Shown here: one piece after another, positions 1-10,619 of the stretch
How positions within the stretch are numbered: the stretch's first letter is position 1
Layout: each line of letters opens with the position of its first letter
DNA from: Bacteroidota bacterium
GTDB taxonomy: Bacteria > Bacteroidota > Bacteroidia > JABEUT01
Reading direction: 5' to 3'
Assembly (NCBI GenBank): GCA_013289475.1
Contig: JABCZW010000002.1
Location: forward strand, 12,265 to 76,264
DNA: 64,000 nucleotides
Notes under the pieces: model-generated
What the model saw: only the letters and a program-made list of their open reading frames with translations
Databases searched by the model: none
What the model was told of the DNA's origin: nothing
Program-made: the position numbers and the translations under genes

Positions 1-156
1 TAAAATTGACGAACCTATTACGATCCTGTGTTTTACTTTTCTGATCCTTATTTTCTTTAGGTGCTTTATAGATAGTAGGTCTCTTTTTCATGTAGTAATT
101 TGGAGGCTTTTATTTTGACTATATCTTTTTAATGTGGTTGCTATGGTGATAAAATT

Positions 157-1428
157 CTACGTCTCCCTCTTCTTCTTCTTAGCCGCAGGGAACAACACAT
201 TGTTCAATATAAGTCTATAGCCCGGTGAGTTTGGGTGCAGGCTAAGGTCGGTAGGAGGGTCTCCTACGCGGTGTTGGTAGCATTCAGGGTCGTGGCCACC
301 GTAAAATGTCCAGGTACCTTTACCATAATCTCCATGTATATATTTGGCTTCGTGGGCGCCTTTATTCTCGCCCATAATAGTAACACCTGATTTAATATAA
401 CTTTCGTTAAATGCAGTTGTTTGTCCCCAGAAACCTTTAATTACTTTGGTATGATCCTGGCAAAGCATAGCAGGCACCGGGTCCCACTTAGCAGAGAAAT
501 CAAACAAGGTAAAGAAATCGTTTTCTTGTGTTATGCCATATTTTTGCACCCGGTAAGGTGTAACATCAATATTCGATTTTGAATATTCAGTTGCGTTAAG
601 GCTAACCGTAAAATTGGTAAAAGCAAAACAGTTGTCGTAATTAAGTTTTTTATTGCACTCCGGGTCGGCGGGGTCACCATCAAAAGGAGTAGGGCATATA
701 TCAATGCCGGCCGCTGCCAGGGCTATATCATATGAATCTGGTGCAGAGCACATGGCAAACAAAAATCCTCCACCAGAAACAAAGTCACGTATTTTTTGCG
801 CTACCGCCAGTTTCATTTGCGATACCTTTTGGAAGCCCAGTTCATGTGCCATTTCTTCATTCGTCTTTACATCTTGCTGGTACCAAAGGGCATTCATATA
901 TGCGCCATAGAATTTACCATACTGCCCGGTAAAGTCTTCGTGATGTAGGTGTAACCAATCATATTTTGGCAATACACCATTTACTATTTCCTTATCGTAA
1001 ATTATATCATATGGTATTTCAGCATAGGTCAGAGCTAATGTAACAGCATCATCCCAGGGCATTTTATTTTTTGGAGAATATACAGCGATCTTCGGCGGTT
1101 TTTCCAGTTTCACCGCATCCATATTTACTGATGGGTCAGCAATTTGCGCCAATATTGCTGATTCCTGTTCGTCGGCAATAATTTCGAATTTTACATTTCG
1201 AATTTTGCATTCAACTTCAAAAAGTGTAGCATCCGGAAAGCTAAAGCTACCACCGCGGTAGTTGAGCAGCCATTCAACACCAATGCCATTTTTGAGTGCC
1301 ATATAGGCAATGCCATAAGCCTTCAGGCAATTGGTCTGGCTTTCATCCATTGGTATGAAAATAAAACTTGCCTTTGCCTGAACAAATGCAAACAGAATAA
1401 AAAATATGGAGAAAAATTTCCGCTTCAT
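157..1428 (-). CDS. Secreted conserved protein, putative class-I glutamine-amidotransferase-like (ThuA/DJ-1-type) fold; function unknown
   Basis: 423-aa ORF. Signal peptide MKRKFFSIFFILFAFVQAKA. Motifs IPMDESQTN..KAYG, PKIAVYSP, DWLHLHHEDF, GGGFLFAMCSAPDS. The same domain recurs in the partial CDS at 62224-64000. Fold and family assignment is from memory only. Confidence 0.45.
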   Translation of the reverse strand: MKRKFFSIFFILFAFVQAKASFIFIPMDESQTNCLKAYGIAYMALKNGIGVEWLLNYRGGSFSFPDATLFEVECKIRNVKFEIIADEQESAILAQIADPSVNMDAVKLEKPPKIAVYSPKNKMPWDDAVTLALTYAEIPYDIIYDKEIVNGVLPKYDWLHLHHEDFTGQYGKFYGAYMNALWYQQDVKTNEEMAHELGFQKVSQMKLAVAQKIRDFVSGGGFLFAMCSAPDSYDIALAAAGIDICPTPFDGDPADPECNKKLNYDNCFAFTNFTVSLNATEYSKSNIDVTPYRVQKYGITQENDFFTLFDFSAKWDPVPAMLCQDHTKVIKGFWGQTTAFNESYIKSGVTIMGENKGAHEAKYIHGDYGKGTWTFYGGHDPECYQHRVGDPPTDLSLHPNSPGYRLILNNVLFPAAKKKKRET

Positions 1429-1544
1429 AAAGCACTAAAGTGCTGTGGTCTATTAGAGTTCTTTGATAAAGACTCTAAATTAAGCAAAAAAGCATCATAA
1501 GCTGACTAAGCTTCTGTTAATAAACCTAAAAAGATGGAAGGTTC

Positions 1545-3056
1545 TTAGAATGGAGTATCTTCTTCTATATCGTTCTTCTTATCATCCCAACCCCTCGACT
1601 GAACAATACGGGTTTCCACATCATCATGCGAAGTAGCTGAATGATAATTATCTAAAGAAGGCTCATACTCTGTAAACTTGGCAAGTTCTTTCTGGAACTT
1701 GAGGTGTACGCTATCCAACGGACCATTTCTATGCTTGGCAATAATAATTTCTGCTGAATCCGGTGGCAGGTCTTCCTGCCCACCTTCGGGTGCCTGACCA
1801 TAATAATCCTGGCGATAAACGAAAAGAACCATATCGGCATCCTGCTCAATAGCTCCCGATTCACGAAGATCGGAAAGTTGAGGCCTTTTTGCACCGCCAC
1901 GTTGTTCAACCGCACGGCTTAACTGTGATAAAGCTATAATTGGTACGTTTAATTCTTTAGCTAAACTTTTTAATGCACGTGATATCGAGCTGATTTCCTG
2001 TTCACGGTTACCTCTTATACCTTCTACACTGCTTGTCATTAACTGCAGGTAGTCGATCATAATCATCTTAATACCATGGTTTTCTTTCAAACGGCGTGCC
2101 TTTGCCCTGAGGTCAAATACCGAAAGACCGGCAGTATCGTCAATAAATATTGGTGCATCAGAGAACTTGGTAACGCCCTGTACCAACTGGTCCATATCGC
2201 GTGCGTCAACGGTACCTTTTCTCAGTTTCTCCATAGGTATCTCTGTCTCACTCGAAATGATACGAGTCGCCAATTGGAGGTTCGACATTTCTAAAGAGAA
2301 TAGAGCAACAGGCTCCTGGAATTTAATAGCGGCATTGCAGGCTAATGTAAGCGCCAATGCTGTTTTACCCATACTGGGACGAGCGGCCAATATAATAAGG
2401 TCGGAATTTTGCCAACCTGATGTAATACGGTCAAGCTCAGAGAATCCGCTGGGCACACCGGTAATACCCGTCTTACGGGTACGGGCAAGTTCAACTTGTT
2501 TTATAACTTCGTTAATAAGACTTCCAGCTCTTTCCGGGTCCTTCTTAATGTTTTCATCGGCAATAGAAAAAAGCCTTTTCTCTACCTTATCAAGTAGTTC
2601 AAATACGTCAAGGCTTCCGTCATATGCGTTCTCAATAGTCTCCGAAGAGAACATAATAAGTTCGCGCTGAATATATTTTTGAAGTACTATACGGGCATGG
2701 TATTCTATATTAGCTGATGAAGCAATTTTACTGGTAAGCTGAGAAATATAATAAGCTCCGCCAATTGATTCTAATTCTTCGCTTCTTTTAAGTTCATTGG
2801 TTACTGTTAAAATATCTATCGGCTCTGAGCGCTGGAACAAGCGTTTTATGGCCCCGAATATTTTACGGTGGCTGTCTTTATAAAAAGCTTCTTCTCTTAA
2901 TATGTCAATTACCTTTGTAAGCGCTTCTTTTTCAAGCATCAGTGCTCCGAGCACTGCCTCTTCCAGCTCTATAGCCTGTGGAGGGAGTTTCCCCATCTCC
3001 AGGTCGGCAAAATTTGGTGCCGGATTCTTTGTGTTTTTATATGGCTTTTTGTTCAT
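1545..3056 (-). CDS. dnaB: Replicative DNA helicase DnaB
   Basis: 503-aa ORF. N-terminal DnaB domain (PPQAIELEEAVLGALML), Walker A ARPSMGKTALAL, IMIDYLQLM, C-terminal RecA-like motifs (ALSQLSR, RESGAIEQDAD). Confidence 0.95.
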   Translation of the reverse strand: MNKKPYKNTKNPAPNFADLEMGKLPPQAIELEEAVLGALMLEKEALTKVIDILREEAFYKDSHRKIFGAIKRLFQRSEPIDILTVTNELKRSEELESIGGAYYISQLTSKIASSANIEYHARIVLQKYIQRELIMFSSETIENAYDGSLDVFELLDKVEKRLFSIADENIKKDPERAGSLINEVIKQVELARTRKTGITGVPSGFSELDRITSGWQNSDLIILAARPSMGKTALALTLACNAAIKFQEPVALFSLEMSNLQLATRIISSETEIPMEKLRKGTVDARDMDQLVQGVTKFSDAPIFIDDTAGLSVFDLRAKARRLKENHGIKMIMIDYLQLMTSSVEGIRGNREQEISSISRALKSLAKELNVPIIALSQLSRAVEQRGGAKRPQLSDLRESGAIEQDADMVLFVYRQDYYGQAPEGGQEDLPPDSAEIIIAKHRNGPLDSVHLKFQKELAKFTEYEPSLDNYHSATSHDDVETRIVQSRGWDDKKNDIEEDTPF

Positions 3057-3268
3057 CCCCTAATCAAAAAATTCCCCATGGTTAAAATTTGGGAAGCCAA
3101 AAATATAAAAATACGTTTCGGTACCCCCCTGTAATTTATTAACAACTGCTGAATCCCTTTTCAGTAGTGCAATATATTTTTTTAAACGGTAATTTTTACC
3201 ACAAGTTTTAAAAAAACAGGAAAATATTTATTTATATTTTAAACAATAAAAACTTGCAGAATAGAAAA

Positions 3269-5230
3269 CTATTCCTTTGTGATTTTAGTGGTAAAGGTTT
3301 GATTCATTGTTTTTAGAGAAACAAAATATACGGAAGGCGATAATTCACCTATATCAATACGAGTATTTATAGTTTCATTATTAATACTAATAGTTTTCTC
3401 CAGCAAAATTCTGCCCGTAATATCAGTAATGCTTAGCGTTGCACTATGTCCGCTAAGGTTGTTTGCCGTAATTTGTATGTTATCGGTTGCCGGGTTGGGA
3501 TAAACTGCAACCACAGGCTTAGCATGTGAAATGTTTTGTACTGCCAAAGGACAACCGGCAACATCTAAAGCCTTTTCTAATACCTCGTCCCTATTATGCC
3601 TTATTCCTGTTGCTGTGGGGTAGCAAACACTATCTGGCCTTATGCCGAGACGCTCAGTACTGTCTCCATTGGCATAATATGTTCCCAATGTTGTAAATCC
3701 TGTCTGCATATCCGTGCTTGTTCTATAATAAGTAATGTTGCCATCTGTACCTGCGGTTTGACTTCCTATTTTCACAACATTAGGCATAGCACCTAATATC
3801 ATGCAGGTAAATTCAGCCTGGCTTTGAGTTTGTTCATTAAATAAAAGAATAACCGTGCCTTTGTATGAGTTAGAATTTCCATTAGTACCAAGATAATCGG
3901 GTGACCAATAAAATGTTCCGGGGTAAGTAACATCGGGTACAGTAAAGTTTGCAAAAGTTGTTTGATTAGGATACATGAGATTGGCTATGGGCCATGCTGT
4001 ACCATTAGGGTAATTACGTATATCAAAAATAATAGCGCTGGTATATTGCAAAGTGTTGTACATGGCACTTACATCAGCCTGTTGCAGTATTCCCATATTT
4101 ACGTAACCAATGTTGCAATTGCTCCAGTACGTATAGTTTACATTGGCAAGGGTATCATTAGGATAATAACTGTAAAACCAGTTTGTATAATACAAGCTAT
4201 CGCTTCTCACTGAAACTGTATGGCTGTTGCCTAGACTATCTAAATAACCTACAGGTATTGATGTATTATAATTACCATAAAGCATATAAGAAGCCACCGT
4301 TCTTCTGAATACCGCCGTATCTCCTGCAGAAATATAGGGCTTAAGGCTATCTTCCCATTTAGTTGTTGTAAGACCATTAACCGATGTAATCATATCTCCT
4401 GCATGTATGGAACTTACTGCAGATTTTTCAACAACATAACCGCCCGGAATGTATTTAATTATAAGCGGAATGCTATACCAGGCATTGGCCCCGGGGAAAT
4501 TATAATAACCATTTCCTGTTAATCCTTCTGTATGAGCATCATCATTATCGGAGGTTATTTTCCTGAAAGCAACGTAAAATGCATCATCTGTAGATGCTTT
4601 ATCAATTGGTATAATGTTGTGATATAAAGTACTATCCCACGGAATATCATGGTTATATTTATATGGATTAAAATAATTAATGATATTCCAATGTTTATAT
4701 ACTAACAGTAACCTGTGCCATTCGTCGGGAAAATTTGAATATAATGTGTTGTTTCGCATCAGGCTATCATGCGGAAGCACCAACCATCCTGTATAACTAT
4801 TGGTATAAGCATTGTTTTGCACCCAACATTCAGCATGTGGCCTGAAATTATTTTTTATAGTGTCAAGTATAACTTGCACATCGGTGCGGAGCAAAGTATC
4901 ATTTATCCAACCGAAATTTAAATTACGTTTTAATTCAGGGCCCATAGTATCTGCAGTTGGTGAAGTGGCAATTGCCATCGACCCGGCTGCGTGAAGCATC
5001 GTATCTAATGCATTATTAAAATCGTTTTTTGTAATCGCGTTTTTTACCAATGGCAGGCAATGTATCAGCACACTGTCCCAATTTACTCCGCAAACAGATA
5101 CATTAGAATGGAAATACTTTACAAAGCCCCATACTTTGCAGGTGTAATAAAGTTTTTGCTGGTATGTTGGGTTTTGAGCACTTGAGCCAATGCAAAATAT
5201 AATTGCAAAAAAGAGTAAGATCCTTTTCAT
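3269..5230 (-). CDS. Secreted S41-family peptidase with T9SS type-A C-terminal sorting domain
   Basis: 653-aa ORF. Signal peptide MKRILLFFAIIFCIGSSAQ. S41-like core strings IIFDIRNYPNGTAW, LLFNEQTQSQAEF, GSQTAGTDGN. C-terminus VYPNPATDNIQI...VYFVSLKTMNQTFTTKITKE is typical of a Por/T9SS CTD. Confidence 0.7.
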   Translation of the reverse strand: MKRILLFFAIIFCIGSSAQNPTYQQKLYYTCKVWGFVKYFHSNVSVCGVNWDSVLIHCLPLVKNAITKNDFNNALDTMLHAAGSMAIATSPTADTMGPELKRNLNFGWINDTLLRTDVQVILDTIKNNFRPHAECWVQNNAYTNSYTGWLVLPHDSLMRNNTLYSNFPDEWHRLLLVYKHWNIINYFNPYKYNHDIPWDSTLYHNIIPIDKASTDDAFYVAFRKITSDNDDAHTEGLTGNGYYNFPGANAWYSIPLIIKYIPGGYVVEKSAVSSIHAGDMITSVNGLTTTKWEDSLKPYISAGDTAVFRRTVASYMLYGNYNTSIPVGYLDSLGNSHTVSVRSDSLYYTNWFYSYYPNDTLANVNYTYWSNCNIGYVNMGILQQADVSAMYNTLQYTSAIIFDIRNYPNGTAWPIANLMYPNQTTFANFTVPDVTYPGTFYWSPDYLGTNGNSNSYKGTVILLFNEQTQSQAEFTCMILGAMPNVVKIGSQTAGTDGNITYYRTSTDMQTGFTTLGTYYANGDSTERLGIRPDSVCYPTATGIRHNRDEVLEKALDVAGCPLAVQNISHAKPVVAVYPNPATDNIQITANNLSGHSATLSITDITGRILLEKTISINNETINTRIDIGELSPSVYFVSLKTMNQTFTTKITKE

Positions 5231-5394
5231 TTAGTGGGGTTTATGCTGCAAATATCAATAATATTGGAGACTTTATCAATGCCATTTAGTAAACTGCCGA
5301 ATTCTTTGAGCGAACAACATGGTTTTGAAGTAGAATTAATGTTTTGGCCCTGTATTGCAAAACATAGATATTAATTAATTCGTAAATTTATTGA

Positions 5395-6690
5395 ATGGCT
5401 TGGAGGAATATATTGTTTGTTTTAATAACCGTCTCAGTTCTCGACTCTTGTAAAAAGGATGGGAATACGGGTTCACCCACTGTGCAAATTATTGCCCCCG
5501 CAGGTAATGCTGCATTTAAGGTTTTCGATACTATTGTAATAAAAGCACATGCGAGCGATGCTGTAAGCCTGCAATCGGTAACAGTATATATAGTTAATAA
5601 CCAGAACATACCTGTTTTACCTACAGCTGCAATACCCATAACAAGTAATAATATGTCGTTTGCCTGTCCTTATTTATTGAATGATGTGCATCTTGCCACC
5701 GGCTACTACACCATTGTGGTAAGAGCATATAATGGGACGAATGCAACATTGGCATACCAGCAGATTTATATTAATGCGGCACCACTCGTCAGGGAAGGGA
5801 TTTTTGTCTTAACACGAAACAACAGCGGAGTGCATGTGTTGAAAATTGATACCGGGAGTTTTAATGTTTCAAACTTATATACTTATGGCGCAGATTACTC
5901 CTCATCCGATATCAGTTCCTATTATCAGCAACTTTATATTAGTGCAGCAGACTCCGGAAGTGCTAATACATTGGAACTACCTGCCGGGTCACCAGCATGG
6001 AATATACCGGGGCTTATCTCACCAACCCCTTATTTCACCAATGTATATAGTTATGGAGATGCTGTATATGTGTCGGAATATTTAGGTTTTATTAAATACT
6101 ATACCCATTTGGGAATAATGACTAATTCAATTACGGTTACTACGGGTAATTATCCTATTAAGACATATGTATGGGGTAGTTATTTATTGGCGGAAGAAAA
6201 AAATATAGGTTCATTATCACGAAACCTGGTTTTATATTACACCGGTTCAGGCAAAGGTTTTGAGCAGGCAGCTATACCCGGCCCGGTAGTGGCTATATAT
6301 GGCATGGACAATGATGATATATATATTTTCGGCAACCAAAATACAGGAGGAGCTTATTTGCAACTATTTAAAATTTCGGGTAATATATTTTATTCTCCCA
6401 TTACTTTACCTGCGGGTAACTTGTTATCTGTTACACAAATTAATGCCCAAACATATTTGCTTGGTTTCGATAATGGTACTATTTATAAATATACCTATAA
6501 CCCTAACAGCATTGTACCCTTCATTAATGGTGTAACGGCATCGCACATGGTTTACGATTCGGCAGATAATGAAGTAATAGCTTCCTCAGGTAAGTATGTA
6601 TATGAATATAATTATGCCTCGCTTGCATTAATGCATACTGCCAACGCACAGGACAGCGTACTGAATGTGCACGTTTTGTATAATAAATAA
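5395..6690 (+). CDS. Lipoprotein of unknown function (Ig-like N-terminal domain followed by beta-propeller-like repeats)
   Basis: 431-aa ORF. Lipobox-type signal MAWRNILFVLITVSVLDSC. Repetitive Y/G-rich beta-strand pattern. I recognise no catalytic motif. Confidence 0.55.
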   Translation: MAWRNILFVLITVSVLDSCKKDGNTGSPTVQIIAPAGNAAFKVFDTIVIKAHASDAVSLQSVTVYIVNNQNIPVLPTAAIPITSNNMSFACPYLLNDVHLATGYYTIVVRAYNGTNATLAYQQIYINAAPLVREGIFVLTRNNSGVHVLKIDTGSFNVSNLYTYGADYSSSDISSYYQQLYISAADSGSANTLELPAGSPAWNIPGLISPTPYFTNVYSYGDAVYVSEYLGFIKYYTHLGIMTNSITVTTGNYPIKTYVWGSYLLAEEKNIGSLSRNLVLYYTGSGKGFEQAAIPGPVVAIYGMDNDDIYIFGNQNTGGAYLQLFKISGNIFYSPITLPAGNLLSVTQINAQTYLLGFDNGTIYKYTYNPNSIVPFINGVTASHMVYDSADNEVIASSGKYVYEYNYASLALMHTANAQDSVLNVHVLYNK

Positions 6691-6693
6691 AAA

Positions 6694-7275
6694 TTATTTC
6701 GATTTAGACCTCGCAATCGAATCGGCTGCAGCTAAAGATTTTCTGAAATCTTCGTAGGTCATAGTCTTGTACTTATCTTCTGCAAAGAATTTCAAAATAG
6801 GTTTAAGGTCTGAAGTCTGAACATAACCGGGATATACAGTAAGCCGGTTAAACTTCTCATCCATATAAACAGTAGTAGGGTAGCTCATTTTACCATCTAG
6901 TAAGGAATAGGCCAACTCATTCACTGAACCTTTTTGTGTAGCGTTGGAGTTTACAAACTGGTGCTCATTAAAGTGAAAAGTATCCTTGGTTTCGGCATCA
7001 AGGCGCACAGCATAAAAGTATTTGTTCATGTAATCTATAATCTCCTTATCCTGGTAAGTGCTTGCGTCCATTCTTTTGCACCAGCCACACCATTGCGTAT
7101 ATACGTCAATAAATATCTTTTTAGGATGTTCCTTATTCAGTTTTACTGCACGGTCAAAATCCATCCAATTAATAGATTGTGCCCCCGGTTTTTTTGCAGG
7201 CATAAAACTTACAACAGCAAAACCTATAACACCAAGTAAAAGAAAAATGAACCCTTTGCTCTTCATAATGTTCAA
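6694..7275 (-). CDS. Thioredoxin-fold protein (DUF255/TlpA-like thiol:disulfide oxidoreductase), membrane-anchored or secreted
   Basis: 193-aa ORF. N-terminal hydrophobic anchor FIFLLLGVIGFAVVSF. CxxC active site in FIDVYTQWCGWCKRMD. Confidence 0.75.
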   Translation of the reverse strand: MNIMKSKGFIFLLLGVIGFAVVSFMPAKKPGAQSINWMDFDRAVKLNKEHPKKIFIDVYTQWCGWCKRMDASTYQDKEIIDYMNKYFYAVRLDAETKDTFHFNEHQFVNSNATQKGSVNELAYSLLDGKMSYPTTVYMDEKFNRLTVYPGYVQTSDLKPILKFFAEDKYKTMTYEDFRKSLAAADSIARSKSK

Positions 7276-7336
7276 AGTTAAGCCAAAATTTGTTTTAGCC
7301 CAATTTTTTGACCAGCCAATGTTGTATTGGTTTAAA

Positions 7337-8047
7337 CTAAGACTGCAAATTATTCTTAAAGAATGCCATGCTCATGGCCCATGCTTCACCGGCTGCCTGC
7401 TTGTTATAGCTGGGGCGATCATCGCAATGGAAGGCATGATCGGCATAAGAAATTACTACATTGGTATACGGTTTATTGGCTTTTTTAACTGCATTAATCA
7501 CCGTGTCAATATTCTCCGGTAGTATATGCTTGTCAAGTCCTCCCCAGAAAAATAGATGCGGTGCATGTAAATCTTTTGCCCTGTCTGCCAGTGCATCGGT
7601 GCGGCCTCCGTAAAAAGATACCGCTGCCGATAACGGAAGCGTGGCATTGGCCAAGAATGATGCCCTTCCGCCAAGGCAAAATCCTATGCTTCCTATTTTA
7701 TCATGCTTAACATTGGTTTGTGTTTGTAACCAGTCATAGGCAGCCTTCATATCTGCCGACATACCCTCGGGTGTCATAGCCTGAAAATGTGGCATTATCA
7801 AAGAAAAATCTGTATTGTACGGTATTTCTAATCCAACCTCCGCGGTACGGTGAAATAATTCTGGAGCAATGGCAACATAACCTTCCTTTGCAACGCGGTC
7901 GGCTACGTTTCTTATGTGGCCATTAACACCAAATGCTTCCTGTAATACAATAACTCCCGGAAACGGACCTTTACCTTCGGGCATTGAAACATAAGCTTGC
8001 ATGGTTGTGCCATCGCTTACTTTTAGTAATACTTTTTGTGTTGACAT
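7337..8047 (-). CDS. Dienelactone hydrolase family alpha/beta hydrolase
   Basis: 236-aa ORF. PGVIVLQEAFGVN, nucleophile elbow GSIGFCLGGRASF, C-terminal ADHAFHCD. This is the classical DLH layout. Confidence 0.85.
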   Translation of the reverse strand: MSTQKVLLKVSDGTTMQAYVSMPEGKGPFPGVIVLQEAFGVNGHIRNVADRVAKEGYVAIAPELFHRTAEVGLEIPYNTDFSLIMPHFQAMTPEGMSADMKAAYDWLQTQTNVKHDKIGSIGFCLGGRASFLANATLPLSAAVSFYGGRTDALADRAKDLHAPHLFFWGGLDKHILPENIDTVINAVKKANKPYTNVVISYADHAFHCDDRPSYNKQAAGEAWAMSMAFFKNNLQS

Positions 8048-8079
8048 AATATGGGGTATTTATAATTTGCGAAAATGAT

Positions 8080-8514
8080 TTATAACTTATGCATAACAGT
8101 TACATCAGCAGTTTGTACCATTTTTCCTTTAGGATTAAAAAACTGATAGTTCCATGTAATTACAACATGCTTTTCTGCTTCGTTTCTTTTTAAATGAATA
8201 ATGGTAACCTTGCATGTAATGGGTTGGTTAGCATATATGGGGGCTAAAAATTTCCAGTTATTCAGTTCAAGGCCGCAAATTACTGTATCACCCAAACGGG
8301 GCACCCATTCTTTAATGTACGATGTATTGAACATTTGAGGCCCGCTTGAAACAAGCCCTTTAAAAATACTTGCGTCAGCTATTTTTTTGTCAATATGAAA
8401 GGGCAGTGGGTCATATCGTTTGGCATAATTAATAATATCATCTTCTGATAATGTTATTGAGCCAAAATCGAAAACCTGGTTCAGTGTGAGATCTTTTGCA
8501 AATAGCTTTTCCAC
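8080..8514 (-). CDS. MaoC-like (R-specific enoyl-CoA hydratase type) hotdog-fold protein
   Basis: 144-aa ORF. YAKRYDPLPFHIDKKIADASIFKGLVSSGPQ matches the MaoC dehydratase N-terminal signature. Confidence 0.7.
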   Translation of the reverse strand: MEKLFAKDLTLNQVFDFGSITLSEDDIINYAKRYDPLPFHIDKKIADASIFKGLVSSGPQMFNTSYIKEWVPRLGDTVICGLELNNWKFLAPIYANQPITCKVTIIHLKRNEAEKHVVITWNYQFFNPKGKMVQTADVTVMHKL

Positions 8515-8519
8515 AATCT

Positions 8520-10538
8520 TTATTTTAATTCCTCTTGTTTGCTTGTTGCAAATTTATAAAGTATATAACCCAGCAGCATAAAAACTCCTAACGCCCAAAG
8601 GTCGGCCCATTGGCCAATACCTTCTCCAAATGTTTTGGTAAGCCATATGCCTACATTACCACCAATATGGTTGTTAAGCCATTCAATAACAGAAACTGTA
8701 CTGCCGTCGGCATGCGTTTCGGCTGCAGTACCCATAAGTATAGAAATAATAATACCTGTTATAGCGCCACCTGCAATTAAACCCGAACTGAATAATGCTC
8801 CCGGGCCAATATCTGATTCTGCTTCTTTGGCTTTATTCTTTTTATCTACCAGCCATTTTACAACGCCGCCCACAAAAATTGGTGTAGTGCTTGATAATGG
8901 AAGATATGCACCAACAGCAAATGCAAGTGAGCTTACGTCGCAAAGTTCCATTACGGCAGAGATTCCCATTCCTACAAGTACTAATCCCCAAGGTAAATTA
9001 TGGCTGAGTAACCCTTTTATAATAGTGGCCATTAGCACCGCCTGTGGTGCGGGTAATGGATGCTGGTGAGATGCAGTTTTAGTAACAATACCAATGTTAT
9101 GTTCTAATAAAGTTATGGTGAACCCTATGGCGACGGTGGAAACCAATACACCAATTATTAAACCTAATTGTTGCTTAATAGGTGTTGCACCTAAAATATA
9201 CCCTGTCTTTAAATCCTGAGATGTAGCACCTGCATTTGCCGATGCAATGCATACTATAGACCCTACTACCAAAGCAATGGGTTGGTATGCATCGCCCGAC
9301 CATCCTATGCCTACAAATATTAAGGATGTAGCCATAAGTGTTGCAATGGTCATGCCCGAAATAGGATTAGATGAAGAGCCAATTAACCCAACAATACGTG
9401 ATGATACGGTAACAAAGAAAAACCCAAACACAACTATCATTATAGAAGATAATAATGCAGAACCACCCTTAGAAGGCAAAACATTAGGAATAAATGCCAT
9501 AAAAGCGATAAGCACAATACTTCCTATTAATACATATATAAGTGGCAAGTCTCTTTCGGTCCTGAGTTTTTCTTTAGATGAATCGGCATCTTTTTTTCTC
9601 AGGTCTTTAAACGAATCTCGGAAAGCACTGATAATAGTGGGGAAAGTTTTTATAAGTGTCATTATGCCACCAAAGGTTACCGCACCGGCTCCTATATATC
9701 TTATGTAATGATCCCAGATATCATCGGCACTCATTTGCGAAATAAGCTGGTGCGTTTCAGGAGGGAAAACCGTGGTTAATCCTGCTCCCAGCATAGTTAT
9801 TAAAGGAATAAGCACCAGGGATGAAAGTACACCACCAGCAACCATTATACCTGAGATTTTTGGGCCTATTATGTATCCTACACCCAAAAGCTCAGGTGTT
9901 ATTTCACCGTTAACAGCAGCATTAGGTAATGCTGATTTATTGCTGAAAAGATATTGTGGAGTGTCCTTCCAGAAACCCAGTATTGACATGAATAATTTAT
10001 ATACAAAGGCTATGCCCAAACCATAATAAACTTTTTGGGCAAGTTTGCCGCCTTTTTCGCCTGCAATTAATACATCGGCACAAGCCGTGCCTTCAGGGTA
10101 GGGTAGGTTGCCATGTTCTTTTACTATAAGTGAACGCCTGAGCGGTACCATAAATAACACACCTAAAATACCACCTGCAAGGGCCAATACAAAAATCTGG
10201 AAGTAGTGAAAATAATCTTGTCCGCCTGAAAGGAATAATAAAGCCGGGACTGTGAAAACTACACCTGCCGCAACTGATTCTCCGGCCGAGCCAATGGTTT
10301 GTACAATATTACTCTCTAATATGCTGGCATTACCCAGTTTTTTAAATACCGAAATAGCTAATACGGCAATAGGTATAGACGCACTGACAGTAAGGCCTAT
10401 CTTAAGCCCCAGGTAAACAGAAGCAGCCCCGAAAATGACACCAAATATGGAGCCCATAATAATAGCACGCAGCGAAAATTCAGGCAGAAAATCAGAAGCG
10501 GCAATAAATGGCTTGAACTTTTTTTCTTTTTCTTCCAT
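8520..10538 (-). CDS. OPT-family oligopeptide transporter
   Basis: 672-aa polytopic membrane ORF. N-terminus FIAASDFLPEFSLRAIIMGSIFGVIFGAASVYLGLKIGLTVSASIP and its length are typical of bacterial OPT transporters. Confidence 0.85.
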   Translation of the reverse strand: MEEKEKKFKPFIAASDFLPEFSLRAIIMGSIFGVIFGAASVYLGLKIGLTVSASIPIAVLAISVFKKLGNASILESNIVQTIGSAGESVAAGVVFTVPALLFLSGGQDYFHYFQIFVLALAGGILGVLFMVPLRRSLIVKEHGNLPYPEGTACADVLIAGEKGGKLAQKVYYGLGIAFVYKLFMSILGFWKDTPQYLFSNKSALPNAAVNGEITPELLGVGYIIGPKISGIMVAGGVLSSLVLIPLITMLGAGLTTVFPPETHQLISQMSADDIWDHYIRYIGAGAVTFGGIMTLIKTFPTIISAFRDSFKDLRKKDADSSKEKLRTERDLPLIYVLIGSIVLIAFMAFIPNVLPSKGGSALLSSIMIVVFGFFFVTVSSRIVGLIGSSSNPISGMTIATLMATSLIFVGIGWSGDAYQPIALVVGSIVCIASANAGATSQDLKTGYILGATPIKQQLGLIIGVLVSTVAIGFTITLLEHNIGIVTKTASHQHPLPAPQAVLMATIIKGLLSHNLPWGLVLVGMGISAVMELCDVSSLAFAVGAYLPLSSTTPIFVGGVVKWLVDKKNKAKEAESDIGPGALFSSGLIAGGAITGIIISILMGTAAETHADGSTVSVIEWLNNHIGGNVGIWLTKTFGEGIGQWADLWALGVFMLLGYILYKFATSKQEELK

Positions 10539-10590
10539 GGGGCTTTAAATATATATGGACGGGGTAAATATACAATTAGTTAGAAAACTT

Positions 10591-10598
10591 TATATTTG
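10591..10598 (+). promoter_or_regulatory. Candidate Bacteroidota sigma-A -7 box (TATATTTG) for the POT transporter gene
   Basis: Perfect match to TAnnTTTG, 22 nt upstream of the ATG at 10620. It overlaps the TTG (10596) that the ORF track used as start, which supports the downstream ATG. Confidence 0.4.
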
Positions 10599-10619
10599 AC
10601 CATAACTAAACCTATAACT

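Noticed and set aside
1-91. Possible 5' end of a minus-strand gene (ATG at 91-89, MKKRPTIYKAPKENKDQKSKTQDRNRFVNF...) running off the left edge.
   Set aside because: Only 30 codons are visible, they are basic and low in complexity, and no motif is present. This is not enough to support a call.
2167-2670. Antisense or out-of-frame ORFs inside confidently called genes. Examples: 653-910, 2167-2670, 7058-7522, 8635-9069, 9247-9708, 11037-11410, 17367-17810, 26270-26638, 32934-33179, 33933-34223, 43850-44131, 45121-45462, 46938-47228, 53133-53417, 54345-54719, 60422-60895, 61181-61819.
   Set aside because: Each lies wholly within a longer ORF that has clear family motifs on the other strand or frame. 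Their translations are low-complexity with no motifs. They are typical shadow ORFs of repeat-rich or AT-rich genes.
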